Source: an uncultured Thermodesulfobacteriota bacterium | Lineage (GTDB): Bacteria > Desulfobacterota > Desulfarculia > JACQYL01 | Assembly (NCBI GenBank): GCA_964597345.1 | Contig: CAZQXK010000007.1 | Span: 6,099 to 70,098 of the forward strand | Direction of reading: 5' to 3' | DNA length: 64,000 nt | Shown here: piece by piece, positions 9,125 through 17,962 of the stretch | How positions within the stretch are numbered: the stretch's first letter is position 1 | Layout: each line of letters opens with the position of its first letter | Translations under genes and position numbers: made by a program | The notes under the pieces: generated by a model | Database searches by the model: none | What the model was told of the DNA's origin: nothing | Seen by the model: only the letters and a program-made list of their open reading frames with translations

Positions 9125-9325
9125 GTGTACAACTGGAAATGCACCGCATGCGGGTATACCACCGAATCGGAGCGATGCCCCTCCTGCAAATACGCCAACT
9201 GCAGAGGGTGCCACATCCTGGAATACGCCGACAACCCCCCCGGCAGGTGCCCTTCCTGCCGGCAGAATACCCGCTTCGTGGATCTGGACGAACAAGCCGT
9301 CCATTCAGGGGGTCATGTCGCCTGA
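9125..9325 (+). CDS. zinc-ribbon protein with four CxxC motifs (about 66 aa from GTG start)
   Basis: GGAGG RBS then GTG at about 9125; translation (V/M)YNWKCTACGYTTESERCPSCKYANCRGCHILEYADNPPGRCPSCRQ.. carries 4 CxxC pairs. ORF-track start at 9035 looks too early. Confidence 0.5.
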   Translation: MYNWKCTACGYTTESERCPSCKYANCRGCHILEYADNPPGRCPSCRQNTRFVDLDEQAVHSGGHVA

Positions 9326-9586
9326 ACACCGGATCTTTTCTCCAGCGGCACGGCTCTATGCCGGGGGAAGGCGACCGCCGGAGAGAGGAGATCCTTCGGA
9401 GCCGTCTGATCGCCCCTTCGGGGCCGTGGCTGTTCGGAAAGCCGGCAGCCCTCCGATCCAAGCTCAATCCCTTGCTTCAGGAGAATCGTTCGCGCGGCGT
9501 TGTGAGACGAAAGGCAAGAGGTTTCCTATTCCCGGCGGATGAAGATCGGGAATGCAACCCGAAACACGGCTTCGCCGCGGGGGAGA

Positions 9587-9680
9587 TGGCGGAGAGGGTG
9601 GGATTCGAACCCACGTGCCGGTTATGAGCCGACAACCCGATTTCGAGTCGGGCCCGTTACGACCACTTCGGTACCTCTCC
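9587..9680 (-). tRNA. tRNA-Ser (anticodon CGA), CCA encoded
   Basis: Reverse complement GGAGAGGTACCGAAGTGGTCGTAACGGGCCCGACTCGAAATCGGGTTGTCGGCTCATAACCGGCACGTGGGTTCGAATCCCACCCTCTCCGCCA. 7-bp acceptor stem, anticodon stem CCCGA/TCGGG with loop CTCGAAA (anticodon CGA), long variable arm, T-arm GTGGG-TTCGAAT-CCCAC, discriminator G plus CCA. Confidence 0.9.
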
Positions 9681-9717
9681 GCGCCGTAAAAGGCAACCAA
9701 AACAAACGCGCCGGCAT

Positions 9718-10182
9718 CTATCTCCGCCGCGCTTCAAAAAATCCCTGCACGACACGCCGGCATTCCTCTTCCAGCACGCCCGCAATCACCTCCACCCGGT
9801 GATTGAGCCGGGGATCGTACAGGAGCCGATGCAGCGAATCCACGGCTCCGAACCGCAGGTCCGGAGCGCCGTACACCAGCCGCCGGATGCGTGCGTGGAG
9901 CAGGGCCCCCGCGCACATGATGCAAGGTTCCATAGTGGCATAAAGCGTACAGTGGATCAACCGGTAATTGCCGGCGGTTTGAGCGGCCCGGCGAAGAGCC
10001 AGGATTTCGGCGTGCCCCGTAGGATCCATGAGGGATACCGGTGCGTTACAGCCCGTTCCCAGCACGGAGCCGGACCCGGACACCACCACGGCTCCCACGG
10101 GAACTTCCCCGGCCTCCGCCGCACTGCGGGCCAAATCCAGGGCAAGGCTCATGAAGCGTCGGTGGTCCAACCCGTTTTGCAC
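9718..10182 (-). CDS. tadA: tRNA-specific adenosine deaminase
   Basis: HAEILALR and EPCIMCAGAL zinc-binding deaminase motifs. Start is 5 nt after the gspD stop. Confidence 0.9.
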   Translation of the reverse strand: MQNGLDHRRFMSLALDLARSAAEAGEVPVGAVVVSGSGSVLGTGCNAPVSLMDPTGHAEILALRRAAQTAGNYRLIHCTLYATMEPCIMCAGALLHARIRRLVYGAPDLRFGAVDSLHRLLYDPRLNHRVEVIAGVLEEECRRVVQGFFEARRR

Positions 10183-10187
10183 GCCGG

Positions 10188-12425
10188 CTAATCGCCCAAG
10201 GCCCGTTCCACGGAAGCCCTCAGGGAAGCCACCTTCTGCCGGAACTCGGCGGTCACCAGATCGGCCTCCTCCAGATGTTCGATCACCCGGGGGGTCAGCA
10301 AAATCATGAGTTCCGTCTTGGTAATCTTTTCTTCCATATACCCGAAGAACCAGCCCACTACAGGCAGCTTGCTCAAGCCGGGAACGCCGGATCGGTTCCG
10401 GGTCTTATCCTGGCTGATCAGTCCCCCAATGAGCACGGACTGCCCATCCTGCACCGTTAACGTAGTGGTGGCCACGCGCTTGAAGAAGACGGGGGAGGTG
10501 ACCCCTTCCACCACCGTGGTGGTGTCGATGTTGCTGACTTCCTGGTTGATGTCGAGTTTTACAAGCCCCTGATCGTTGATGTACGGAGTCACGGTAAGAA
10601 TAATCCCTGTGTCCCGGTACGAGATGGTCTGGTCCCGCGTGGTGGTGCCTCCCGTCACCGTGGTCGTTGCAGCCACCGTGGTGGTCTGGCTGGTCACGAT
10701 GGGCACTTCGCGGCTGATGTCGATCTTGGCCTCCTTGTTGTTCGAGGCGATCACATGGGGCGAGGACAGCACATTCACTTTGTTTTCCGATGCAAAGGCC
10801 CTGAGGGCGCTGACGAAGGAGTCCACGTAATTTACCGTGTACACCAGCCCGGAGGAAATCCTCGGAGAAGTTCCCGTGAGACCCGACGTCCAGCCGACTT
10901 GAGAACCCGTACCCTGGGCGCCCAACTTGGTCCACTCGAACCCCATGGCTGTGGAATCATCCAGGGAAATTTCGGCGATGAGTATCTCGATCAAAACCTG
11001 GCGTGGATAGAGATCCAGCGCCTGAATCGTGTTCAGGATGAATCGATAGTCTCGGGGATTGGCGCGCACCAAGATCGCATTGTTGATGTCGTCCAGTACG
11101 AACTTCACTTCCCCGGTGATGAACCCGGTAAGTTCGCCCGCCCCCCGGGTGGAAGAAGCCGCGGCTTGCGGTTGGACCGCCGGCTGGGTGCCGGGGCGAT
11201 GCGGAATGACCGACGTCCCTGTAGTCCCCCGCTTATTCCGGTCCGTCTTCTCTCCGGTATACACCTCTTCCAGTATGGAAATCATGTCCTCCGCTTTGGC
11301 GTTTTGAACCCGGTATACATATACCCGCTCCTCCGTCTCGCCGGCTTCCGAATCCAACGTCTGGATAAGGGATTCGATTTTCTCGAAAAGTTCCGGCATG
11401 GAACTGATGACCAGGATGGAATTGATCCTGGGAATGGGCGTAAAGCTGAAAACGAGGTTCTTACCAAACCGTTCGGTCAGCTTGATGGATTCGAAGGCCG
11501 CCTTGAAATCATCTCCCACGTCCTGCACGCTGGCGTTCAGCAGGGTGTACAAATGGAAATGCACCCCTTCGAAGGTGTTCACATCCAATGCTTCCACCAC
11601 ACTCCGCACCCGTTGGATATGATTCAGACTGTCCGCGAGAATGATCATGTTCAGCAGGGGAAACTCGTACAGTCCCGCGCCTTCACTGGTAAAGGGCTTG
11701 ATCATCTTCGTCATTTCAGTGACGTCAATGTACCGGCACGGGATGATTTCGATAATCCTGCGATCCGGCCCCACGCCCCGTACGCGTCTCATTTCCTGCG
11801 GAACCACTTCGCCCCGGCGGACCGCCTCGGCCATGGGGATAATTTCATAAAATCCATCCTGACCGATGGCGGCTACGCCGTTCAACTCGAGGACCTTGTG
11901 GAAGATCGTGACCAGTTGTTCCCGGTTCAAATTGCTCTTGGTGTGGATGGTCACACGCCCCCGGACTCTCGGGTCCACGGTGTAGGTCATGCCCAGGATC
12001 TCCGCAAACACCTGCAGCACTTCGTAGAGATCCGCATTTTCGAAGTTCAGAACCACATCGGGCGAAGCTTCCGCGCGGCGGGATTTCTGGGGTGCGATCA
12101 CCGTGGGTTCGTCCGGACGAACCCGGGTTCTCTTAAGTCCTTCCGACAGACCCGTAAGAGCGCTCTCCAACTCCTCAGGTCCGGAAACGGGTTTCGGGTC
12201 GCGATCCGATTCGGGCGTCGCCGGAGATAGCCCGGGTTCCGGAGCCCTCCGGGGCTTACTGGAAAGGGTCATCTCGGGAGGAGAAAAGGCTTCCAGGCTC
12301 CTCTGCGCAACTTCGATCCGCTGCGCATCCGTTTCCCCGGACGCGGGGGCCGCCCGCCGTTCTCGCACCGAACCGCAGGAAGCCAACACGAGCACGGCCA
12401 GAAGTCCGATTCCCAGCTTCTTCAT
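10188..12425 (-). CDS. gspD: type II secretion system secretin GspD (lipoprotein form)
   Basis: 745 aa; lipobox LVLASC; about 110-aa Pro/Glu/Ala-rich linker; N0 domain (NFENADLYEVLQVFAEILGMTYTVDPRV); C-terminal secretin domain (SGVPGLSKLPVVGWFFG). Confidence 0.9.
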   Translation of the reverse strand: MKKLGIGLLAVLVLASCGSVRERRAAPASGETDAQRIEVAQRSLEAFSPPEMTLSSKPRRAPEPGLSPATPESDRDPKPVSGPEELESALTGLSEGLKRTRVRPDEPTVIAPQKSRRAEASPDVVLNFENADLYEVLQVFAEILGMTYTVDPRVRGRVTIHTKSNLNREQLVTIFHKVLELNGVAAIGQDGFYEIIPMAEAVRRGEVVPQEMRRVRGVGPDRRIIEIIPCRYIDVTEMTKMIKPFTSEGAGLYEFPLLNMIILADSLNHIQRVRSVVEALDVNTFEGVHFHLYTLLNASVQDVGDDFKAAFESIKLTERFGKNLVFSFTPIPRINSILVISSMPELFEKIESLIQTLDSEAGETEERVYVYRVQNAKAEDMISILEEVYTGEKTDRNKRGTTGTSVIPHRPGTQPAVQPQAAASSTRGAGELTGFITGEVKFVLDDINNAILVRANPRDYRFILNTIQALDLYPRQVLIEILIAEISLDDSTAMGFEWTKLGAQGTGSQVGWTSGLTGTSPRISSGLVYTVNYVDSFVSALRAFASENKVNVLSSPHVIASNNKEAKIDISREVPIVTSQTTTVAATTTVTGGTTTRDQTISYRDTGIILTVTPYINDQGLVKLDINQEVSNIDTTTVVEGVTSPVFFKRVATTTLTVQDGQSVLIGGLISQDKTRNRSGVPGLSKLPVVGWFFGYMEEKITKTELMILLTPRVIEHLEEADLVTAEFRQKVASLRASVERALGD

Positions 12426-12494
12426 GAATCACCTCAACTGACGGATAGACAACGCCTTTTGAAAGTTTCGGTTCGAGATGTTTACTAGAGGCGC

Positions 12495-12556
12495 CAAGCA
12501 CAAAACACGGTCTTTTCCGGGGGAGAACCCCGAACCCTTTTCCCCGGAAAAAGACT
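12495..12556 (-). terminator. strong hairpin plus U-rich tract between gspN/C-like and gspD (terminator/attenuator candidate)
   Basis: 13-bp inverted repeat GGTCTTTTCCGGG..CCCGGAAAAAGAC at about 12509-12556. On the minus-strand transcript the hairpin is followed by GUGUUUUGUGCUU. Confidence 0.35.
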
Positions 12557-12581
12557 CAAGACCGCAGGCGCCCCCCCTGGA

Positions 12582-13142
12582 TCATCTCCGGCCCGAGGGA
12601 CGTGTCGCCTCGGGTTGATTCAAATGCACTTCCACTTTCTCCTCACGCACCGAAAGCACCAGATAGTCGGTCTCAACACGTTCGACGGTGAAATCCCGTA
12701 TCTTTTGGCCTTCCTGAACCATGCGATTGACCTGCTTGATCTGCCGGGTTTGCGGATCCTGGTCATAAAAGCTCAATAGCGCGTATTTTTCCTTGCCGGC
12801 CACGGCCACTCCGAACAGCTTGAACCTGCGATCAAACGCCTCGGGCGGCTTCTGCGGTTCTTCCGCCAAAGCCAATTGCTCCTCGGGCTTCCTGCGATCT
12901 TGACGGAACAGATCCAAATCGACCACCTGAGCGTAGAAATCGAATTTACGAGGCGGAAACGACGAGAACAGGCCGGCGCTGGGAAGAGGGTCCGGGTTGA
13001 CCCGGCCGGGGACCGGATGCGCAGCCTCCAAGCTGGGTGCGGGTGGGGTGAACTCCTCCCACTGGCGATACACGATCAGACCCAACACGCAGATACCGGC
13101 CAGCAGCAACAGGTTCACCAGTCTCACATACCTGTAGATCAT
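12582..13142 (-). CDS. T2SS GspC/GspN-like protein (XpsN-type, single N-terminal TM)
   Basis: 186 aa, N-terminal TM LVNLLLLAGICVLGLIVY then a periplasmic region. Sits between gspM and gspD, as xpsN does in Xanthomonas-type clusters. Sequence similarity itself is weak. Confidence 0.55.
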   Translation of the reverse strand: MIYRYVRLVNLLLLAGICVLGLIVYRQWEEFTPPAPSLEAAHPVPGRVNPDPLPSAGLFSSFPPRKFDFYAQVVDLDLFRQDRRKPEEQLALAEEPQKPPEAFDRRFKLFGVAVAGKEKYALLSFYDQDPQTRQIKQVNRMVQEGQKIRDFTVERVETDYLVLSVREEKVEVHLNQPEATRPSGRR

Positions 13143-13146
13143 GACG

Positions 13147-13701
13147 TCAGGCTCCCCGCATCAATCCAGCGACGGTCATGTCCACTCGAATAAGCTGCGT
13201 TCCCCGTCCCACGGAAGCCACCTTGAATTCCGGCACCATAAACAAATACCTGTTTTCAAACAATTCATGGAGAATATGCGACAAGGCCTCCAGGGAAGCA
13301 TCCAGCTCGATTTTCACCTGGATCTGGCGATAATTGCCCGCCGTTCCCTCCTTAAGCATCCGGCTTCTCCGGATGGACACTCCCTGCTTCTGGCAAACCT
13401 CGCTCAGGAGCTGCTGGATCTCCGCTCCCACCAGGGAAGGGCGGTCTCCGGTGAACATACGGCGTTCCAGGTCTTCCATGCGGGCCAGATGATCTCTATA
13501 GGCTCGATCCAGAAGCTCCATCTGCTGCAGCTGTCGTTCCACCTGTTCCATCCGGCTGAGCAGCATCTCCATGCGGGTAAGGGTGGAACGGTAATCGTCA
13601 TACAGGGGCGTCCACGCAAAGGTATACAGAACGGCGGCAAGCAGGGCCGCGGCTCCGCCCAGGAGGATCGTGCGCATTCGTTCGTTCAGGCGGGACAGCA
13701 C
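13147..13701 (-). CDS. gspM: T2SS protein GspM-like (bitopic, coiled coil)
   Basis: 184 aa, N-terminal TM, coiled-coil, periplasmic domain. Positioned after gspL. Confidence 0.6.
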   Translation of the reverse strand: MLSRLNERMRTILLGGAAALLAAVLYTFAWTPLYDDYRSTLTRMEMLLSRMEQVERQLQQMELLDRAYRDHLARMEDLERRMFTGDRPSLVGAEIQQLLSEVCQKQGVSIRRSRMLKEGTAGNYRQIQVKIELDASLEALSHILHELFENRYLFMVPEFKVASVGRGTQLIRVDMTVAGLMRGA

Positions 13702-13702
13702 G

Positions 13703-15082
13703 CTATTCTTCCATTCTCATCGTGATGTTAAAATCCTCGAGATTTCCCCGCTTCACCACCGGGGAAGTGAACTCCACATCCTTGAAGTAGGCGGAGTTTT
13801 CCAGAAGGGGTATCAGCTCGGAGGCGTTTTCCGAATACCCCTGGATTTGAATGACATCCCCCTTCAAATCCAGATTTCGTATCCAAGTGTTCTCCGGCAC
13901 CAGGGGTGTGAGTTCCAAAAGCATATTCAAGATGTGATAGTGCTTGACCCGCGTCAACACTTCCATATCGCTTCGAACTCGATCCAGATTGGCGCGCTTG
14001 GCCTCCAACTCCCGGATTTCAGGAGCCAGGGCTTCATACCTGCGTTCCAGTTCCCGCAAACTGAATCGGGCCTGAAGGTAAGGAGTGGATACGGCGGCGA
14101 TTCCAAGAATCATCCCCAACGCGGCCAGAAGAAAAAACGCGTACATCTGGGCCCGCTTAGGTTTTCTACGTTTCTCGGGAGCGAGCAGATCCAGGATGGG
14201 AGCCGGTCGATCGACTCCTCTCAGCGCGGCGCCCAGAGCATGAAAAACGGCGGGGGAGAACCGCGGCAATCGGGCGTATCGGAAGCATTCGTCTCCATCC
14301 ACCTGTTTGTACGGCTCATCGAGGGGTTCCGTGGGGACGTTTCCCGAGGCCAGGACCAATGAATACAGTACTTCCGGCTGCGTTCCGTTCCAGATGGTCT
14401 TTCCATGGGATGAGAGCACGTCGGCGATGCCGTCCGATGGTCCGTTGCGCCCGAACCTGAAAAATCGGAACCGGTTGGCCCCCAAGCAGAGTAACAGTTC
14501 CCAGGATTGCCGCCCGGGGTACGCCGCCAGCAAGGGAAAGGAAAGACGTTTTCGGCGGTACAGCCATGAGACCATGGAAATCCGCGCCGACAAAGGGGCC
14601 TCCAGCCCCACCGGAGTCAATCCCGCCTTCTGCAACAGGTTCCAGTAAAACTCGTAGCGCTGCCGCTTCAACACCGCCAGAAGGACCCGCAACTCGGAAT
14701 CGGACTTTTCCTTGTCTCCAAGGAGCAGATAGTCATACAGCACATCTTCCTTCTTGAACGGAAAGAAATTCTCGAACTCGTACTCCAGCACATCGCTCAA
14801 ATTCTCGGAAGCCGCCCGGGGCAGATGAACGGTCTTGAACAAGACCTCATCCGCGGGCGCCACGGCCCATACTTCGTCCGTCTTGATCCGGTTCAGCAGA
14901 AGGTATTCCTTGATCCGAGGCACGGCCGCCTCGCGAGCGCGATCCGGCGAGTCGGGAGAAGGGTGCGGGAAGCTGGCCGCACCATACACCGGGGCTCGTC
15001 CACCCCGTTTCTGCACATGGACCAAGGATAACGCTTCCGAATCAAAGTACAAACCCAATGCTTCGATCAAAAGAACTCCCAC
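13703..15082 (-). CDS. gspL: T2SS protein GspL-like (cytoplasmic actin-like domain + TM + periplasmic domain)
   Basis: 459 aa with a TM segment near residue 300 (FFLLAALGMILGIAAV). Position between gspK and gspM. Confidence 0.65.
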   Translation of the reverse strand: MGVLLIEALGLYFDSEALSLVHVQKRGGRAPVYGAASFPHPSPDSPDRAREAAVPRIKEYLLLNRIKTDEVWAVAPADEVLFKTVHLPRAASENLSDVLEYEFENFFPFKKEDVLYDYLLLGDKEKSDSELRVLLAVLKRQRYEFYWNLLQKAGLTPVGLEAPLSARISMVSWLYRRKRLSFPLLAAYPGRQSWELLLCLGANRFRFFRFGRNGPSDGIADVLSSHGKTIWNGTQPEVLYSLVLASGNVPTEPLDEPYKQVDGDECFRYARLPRFSPAVFHALGAALRGVDRPAPILDLLAPEKRRKPKRAQMYAFFLLAALGMILGIAAVSTPYLQARFSLRELERRYEALAPEIRELEAKRANLDRVRSDMEVLTRVKHYHILNMLLELTPLVPENTWIRNLDLKGDVIQIQGYSENASELIPLLENSAYFKDVEFTSPVVKRGNLEDFNITMRMEE

Positions 15083-15091
15083 TCCCGTGGT

Positions 15092-16168
15092 TTAATACGT
15101 GGCATCCAGCCATCGTATGATGTGAAACAGGTCCTGTTGCCTCCGTCCGCCGACTTGGACCAAGACCTGGATTTCCTGAAAAACGCCTCCCTCCGTCTCC
15201 CCACGCGATCGAAGGGTGAAGGTCGATAGATTCTGATCGATGGTGACGTAAGGCTGGACGGCGTTGTAAATGTCATCCCCCAGCACGATTCGGAATTCGT
15301 CCGCCGTAACGAATTCCGACCCCCGCGACGTGCGGAGCTCCATAATACGGCGAACCAACCCGGGACCCAGGAAGGGAATCGCCCGCAAAACAGGTTCCGG
15401 GGCGAAGTTGAGATTGATGCGCCCACCGGTGTTGTTTACGGTAAAACAGTCCGCCACTCGGAGAGGGCGCGTTTCGGATTGCCGGTTCCCTTCTTCCGCC
15501 GACCAACCCTCGGCTTGCCGGACATCGGAAAGGGTCCGGTACAGAAGTTCCTGACTCATACCCCGCACCATCAGCCATTCCTCGACGCTTTCCAACGGCG
15601 CGTTCCTCGATTTGTAGGGCGGATCCAGCTTCTGATAGTAATCGCTCTCGGCGCCGTGGAGGCGGTGGAATTCATCCCCATCCTTCCAGTCCTCCAGGGA
15701 ATCCACGATGATGCTCGACTCCTGAGGCTCCAGATCCAGCGTCTCCAGGAAGCCTCGCAGGATTTTGGCATCGGACTTGTTCAAATCAATCTTCCCCGTT
15801 TCCGGAACAATCCAGACCTCTATGCGATCGGATCCCACGGACACCGTGTTTCCCGTTCCATCGAAAAACCAGAGGTCTCGCGTCTCCTGCTGCAACTCGC
15901 TCAGACTCTTGCCCCGGTTCCTGCGCACGTAGTCCAGTCTCCGTTGAATCTCCACCTTGGCCAGCTCGTATCCGGAGCGGGCAAGATAGTAGCTCCGTCG
16001 CTCATCCACAAAATTCCGAACGATGCGAGCTTCCAGTTTCATGTTCGCCGCGAATTCAAACGCGATCACGGTCACGAACACGGCGACCCACAGCACAACG
16101 ATCAAGGCGAATCCATCCTGGCGTTGCATTCGTTTCGCCCACGCTTCCCTGTCAGCTTTCCGGAACAC
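15092..16168 (-). CDS. gspK: T2SS minor pseudopilin GspK
   Basis: 358 aa; N-terminus DGFALIVVLWVAVFVTVIAF, typical of GspK. Size and position fit. Confidence 0.8.
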   Translation of the reverse strand: MFRKADREAWAKRMQRQDGFALIVVLWVAVFVTVIAFEFAANMKLEARIVRNFVDERRSYYLARSGYELAKVEIQRRLDYVRRNRGKSLSELQQETRDLWFFDGTGNTVSVGSDRIEVWIVPETGKIDLNKSDAKILRGFLETLDLEPQESSIIVDSLEDWKDGDEFHRLHGAESDYYQKLDPPYKSRNAPLESVEEWLMVRGMSQELLYRTLSDVRQAEGWSAEEGNRQSETRPLRVADCFTVNNTGGRINLNFAPEPVLRAIPFLGPGLVRRIMELRTSRGSEFVTADEFRIVLGDDIYNAVQPYVTIDQNLSTFTLRSRGETEGGVFQEIQVLVQVGGRRQQDLFHIIRWLDATY

Positions 16169-16862
16169 CTTCTACGCCTTCGAGGGCTGGCGAGACCTCG
16201 GAAACGGATGATCGGCCGGCACGCATCCCGGAACCGCGGGACGCGATACGCAGGTGAAAGATCCCCCCGCCTTCCTCATCCGGCTGAACATCCCCCAAAC
16301 AGACGGCCACCTTGCCCGGTGTGGATCCCGAATCCTCTTTCCAGGATTCCTCCCAGGTTCCTTCCGATTCTTCTGCAGCACCCGCCTTCTTTTTGAAGTA
16401 ATGAAACACGGGACGTTCATCCGTCCGCAACAGAACTTCATACTCGTCCCGGTTCACATCCTCTTTCAGGCGGTCGTTATCGAGCAGTTGTTCTTCAAAG
16501 ACCATGAAGGCATACCCATCGTCCGCAATCTCCCGGACCCGGTAGCTCACGCGCATGAATCCGCGTCTCCCACCCCAGCGGATGGAATAGGCGCTGACGA
16601 AATCCATGGCGTCCGAGTCTCCCAGGAAATAGATTTTCCCTTGCTGGGCCGTGTAGGGATAGGCGCTTTGTATCTGTCTGGACACGTGCTCCCATCCATA
16701 AACGCGTTCCTGGGTGATTTCCACCATACGCTCTCCCCGCTCGTAGGACTGGACACCCAGGTGAAACGCACCGAAAATAACCGCCACCATGAGCGCGAGG
16801 ATCACCAGGCTCACGAGCATCTCGAGCAACGTGAAACCGGCCGATCGGGCGGATTGTTCCAT
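16152..16862 (-). CDS. gspJ: T2SS minor pseudopilin GspJ
   Basis: Prepilin N-terminus MEQSARSAGFTLLEMLVSLVILALM from the internal Met at 16862; the ORF-track upstream extension is unlikely. Confidence 0.75.
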   Translation of the reverse strand: MEQSARSAGFTLLEMLVSLVILALMVAVIFGAFHLGVQSYERGERMVEITQERVYGWEHVSRQIQSAYPYTAQQGKIYFLGDSDAMDFVSAYSIRWGGRRGFMRVSYRVREIADDGYAFMVFEEQLLDNDRLKEDVNRDEYEVLLRTDERPVFHYFKKKAGAAEESEGTWEESWKEDSGSTPGKVAVCLGDVQPDEEGGGIFHLRIASRGSGMRAGRSSVSEVSPALEGVEGVPES

Positions 16863-16893
16863 TCGAAGTCTAAACCCCGCGTTGTCCTTCGGG

Positions 16894-17343
16894 CTATCCA
16901 CGACCCCGCCGGGATGGGGAGGTGGTGAACTGAGGCTGTTCAACGGTCTTGACGGCGTCCAATACCACGGTTCGTTCATGACGGCCGCTCTGCCATCTCA
17001 CCTCCAGGTAACAGATATACGTTTTCAAAGGGAGGGCCGGCCCCTCGTCTTCTCCCTGGATTTCGAGCGCCTCGATCTGAATCGTCCAATTATACCCATT
17101 TTCGAAGGTCCCCCCTTGGGGCCAATCTTCCTGCTTGAACATCTCGTCCCGGTCAAGAATGCGATCCATCTGTTGTCCGGCCAACTGCACGGCTTCCGCG
17201 TATTCCCTGGAAACGGCCGCCAGATTCATGGATCCCGACAACAGCTCCAGGGCCGTGGTGATCACGATTCCCAGGATCGCCAGCGCCACCAGGACCTCCA
17301 GAAGCGTGAATCCATGGGTCCTAAACGTCTTCGTCGTCTTGCA
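16894..17343 (-). CDS. gspI: T2SS minor pseudopilin GspI (5' end uncertain)
   Basis: Prepilin motif RTHGFTLLEVLVALAILGIV. No ATG/GTG/TTG found in frame between the gspH stop and the G-F cleavage site; the ORF-track start at 17610 would overlap gspH by about 290 nt and is rejected. Confidence 0.65.
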   Translation of the reverse strand, partial: CKTTKTFRTHGFTLLEVLVALAILGIVITTALELLSGSMNLAAVSREYAEAVQLAGQQMDRILDRDEMFKQEDWPQGGTFENGYNWTIQIEALEIQGEDEGPALPLKTYICYLEVRWQSGRHERTVVLDAVKTVEQPQFTTSPSRRGRG

Positions 17344-17962
17344 GAATTCGGACTTTGCCCGTGAGGGAGCTGATGCGGATGCGCCGCACAGTGCGGTTGG
17401 AATCCTCGAACTCAATTTGTCCTCCGCTGCTCGTACCCAACGGATAAAACACGAACATGTATATACCCTTGCTTCCCTCGCCGAGGGCGCGGACGTCCAC
17501 CGAAAGGATCCGAAGTCCCCCGGGCAGATCCAGGCGGATCGGCACGAAGAGCCTACCGGTTTCCCGGTTCCCGGAGGCGCCTTTGGAGGAAGACGGGTCC
17601 AATCCCCCATACTTGGCGACCACGGCGGCGTCCTCCTCGCGGCTTAACACGAGGAAGCCCTTTTCCTTATCCACCGTGACCACCATGGTCTCCTTACGGA
17701 ACGCCGCCTCGAGTCTGGCCTGGCGCATCATGGCCGCAGTTCCCCGCAGGGCGTTCCGTTCGTACAGAAAATCCAGACTTCCCGTTAGTCTCGGGATTGT
17801 GATGGAGGTCACCAGCCCCAAGATGATCAGGATCACCAGCAGCTCGAAGAGCGTGAATCCCGTCTGGAAGGGGATCCTATTCCAAACCCTTCCAGCTGAC
17901 GATATCCGTGGCGTTGCCTTCACCACCGGGCTGACCATCCTCGCCGTATGAGATAATGTCAT
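17321..17962 (-). CDS. gspH: T2SS minor pseudopilin GspH (5' end uncertain)
   Basis: Prepilin motif QTGFTLFELLVILIILGLV. The only in-frame Met upstream (17938) overlaps the gspG 3' end and gives a 25-aa leader. Otherwise no canonical start is seen. Confidence 0.65.
   Translation of the reverse strand: MTLSHTARMVSPVVKATPRISSAGRVWNRIPFQTGFTLFELLVILIILGLVTSITIPRLTGSLDFLYERNALRGTAAMMRQARLEAAFRKETMVVTVDKEKGFLVLSREEDAAVVAKYGGLDPSSSKGASGNRETGRLFVPIRLDLPGGLRILSVDVRALGEGSKGIYMFVFYPLGTSSGGQIEFEDSNRTVRRIRISSLTGKVRILQDDEDV

Noticed and set aside
4119-9586. Intact integrative element with integrase and att repeats at tRNA-Ser
   Set aside because: No tyrosine or serine recombinase ORF, and no obvious direct repeat of the tRNA 3' end. 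Called a decayed island only.
9464-9802. ORFs overlapping the tRNA-Ser gene
   Set aside because: Overlap a clear tRNA; spurious.
10755-12230. 491-aa plus-strand ORF
   Set aside because: Antisense to gspD; composition-driven.
15479-16396. 305-aa plus-strand ORF
   Set aside because: Antisense to gspK/gspJ.
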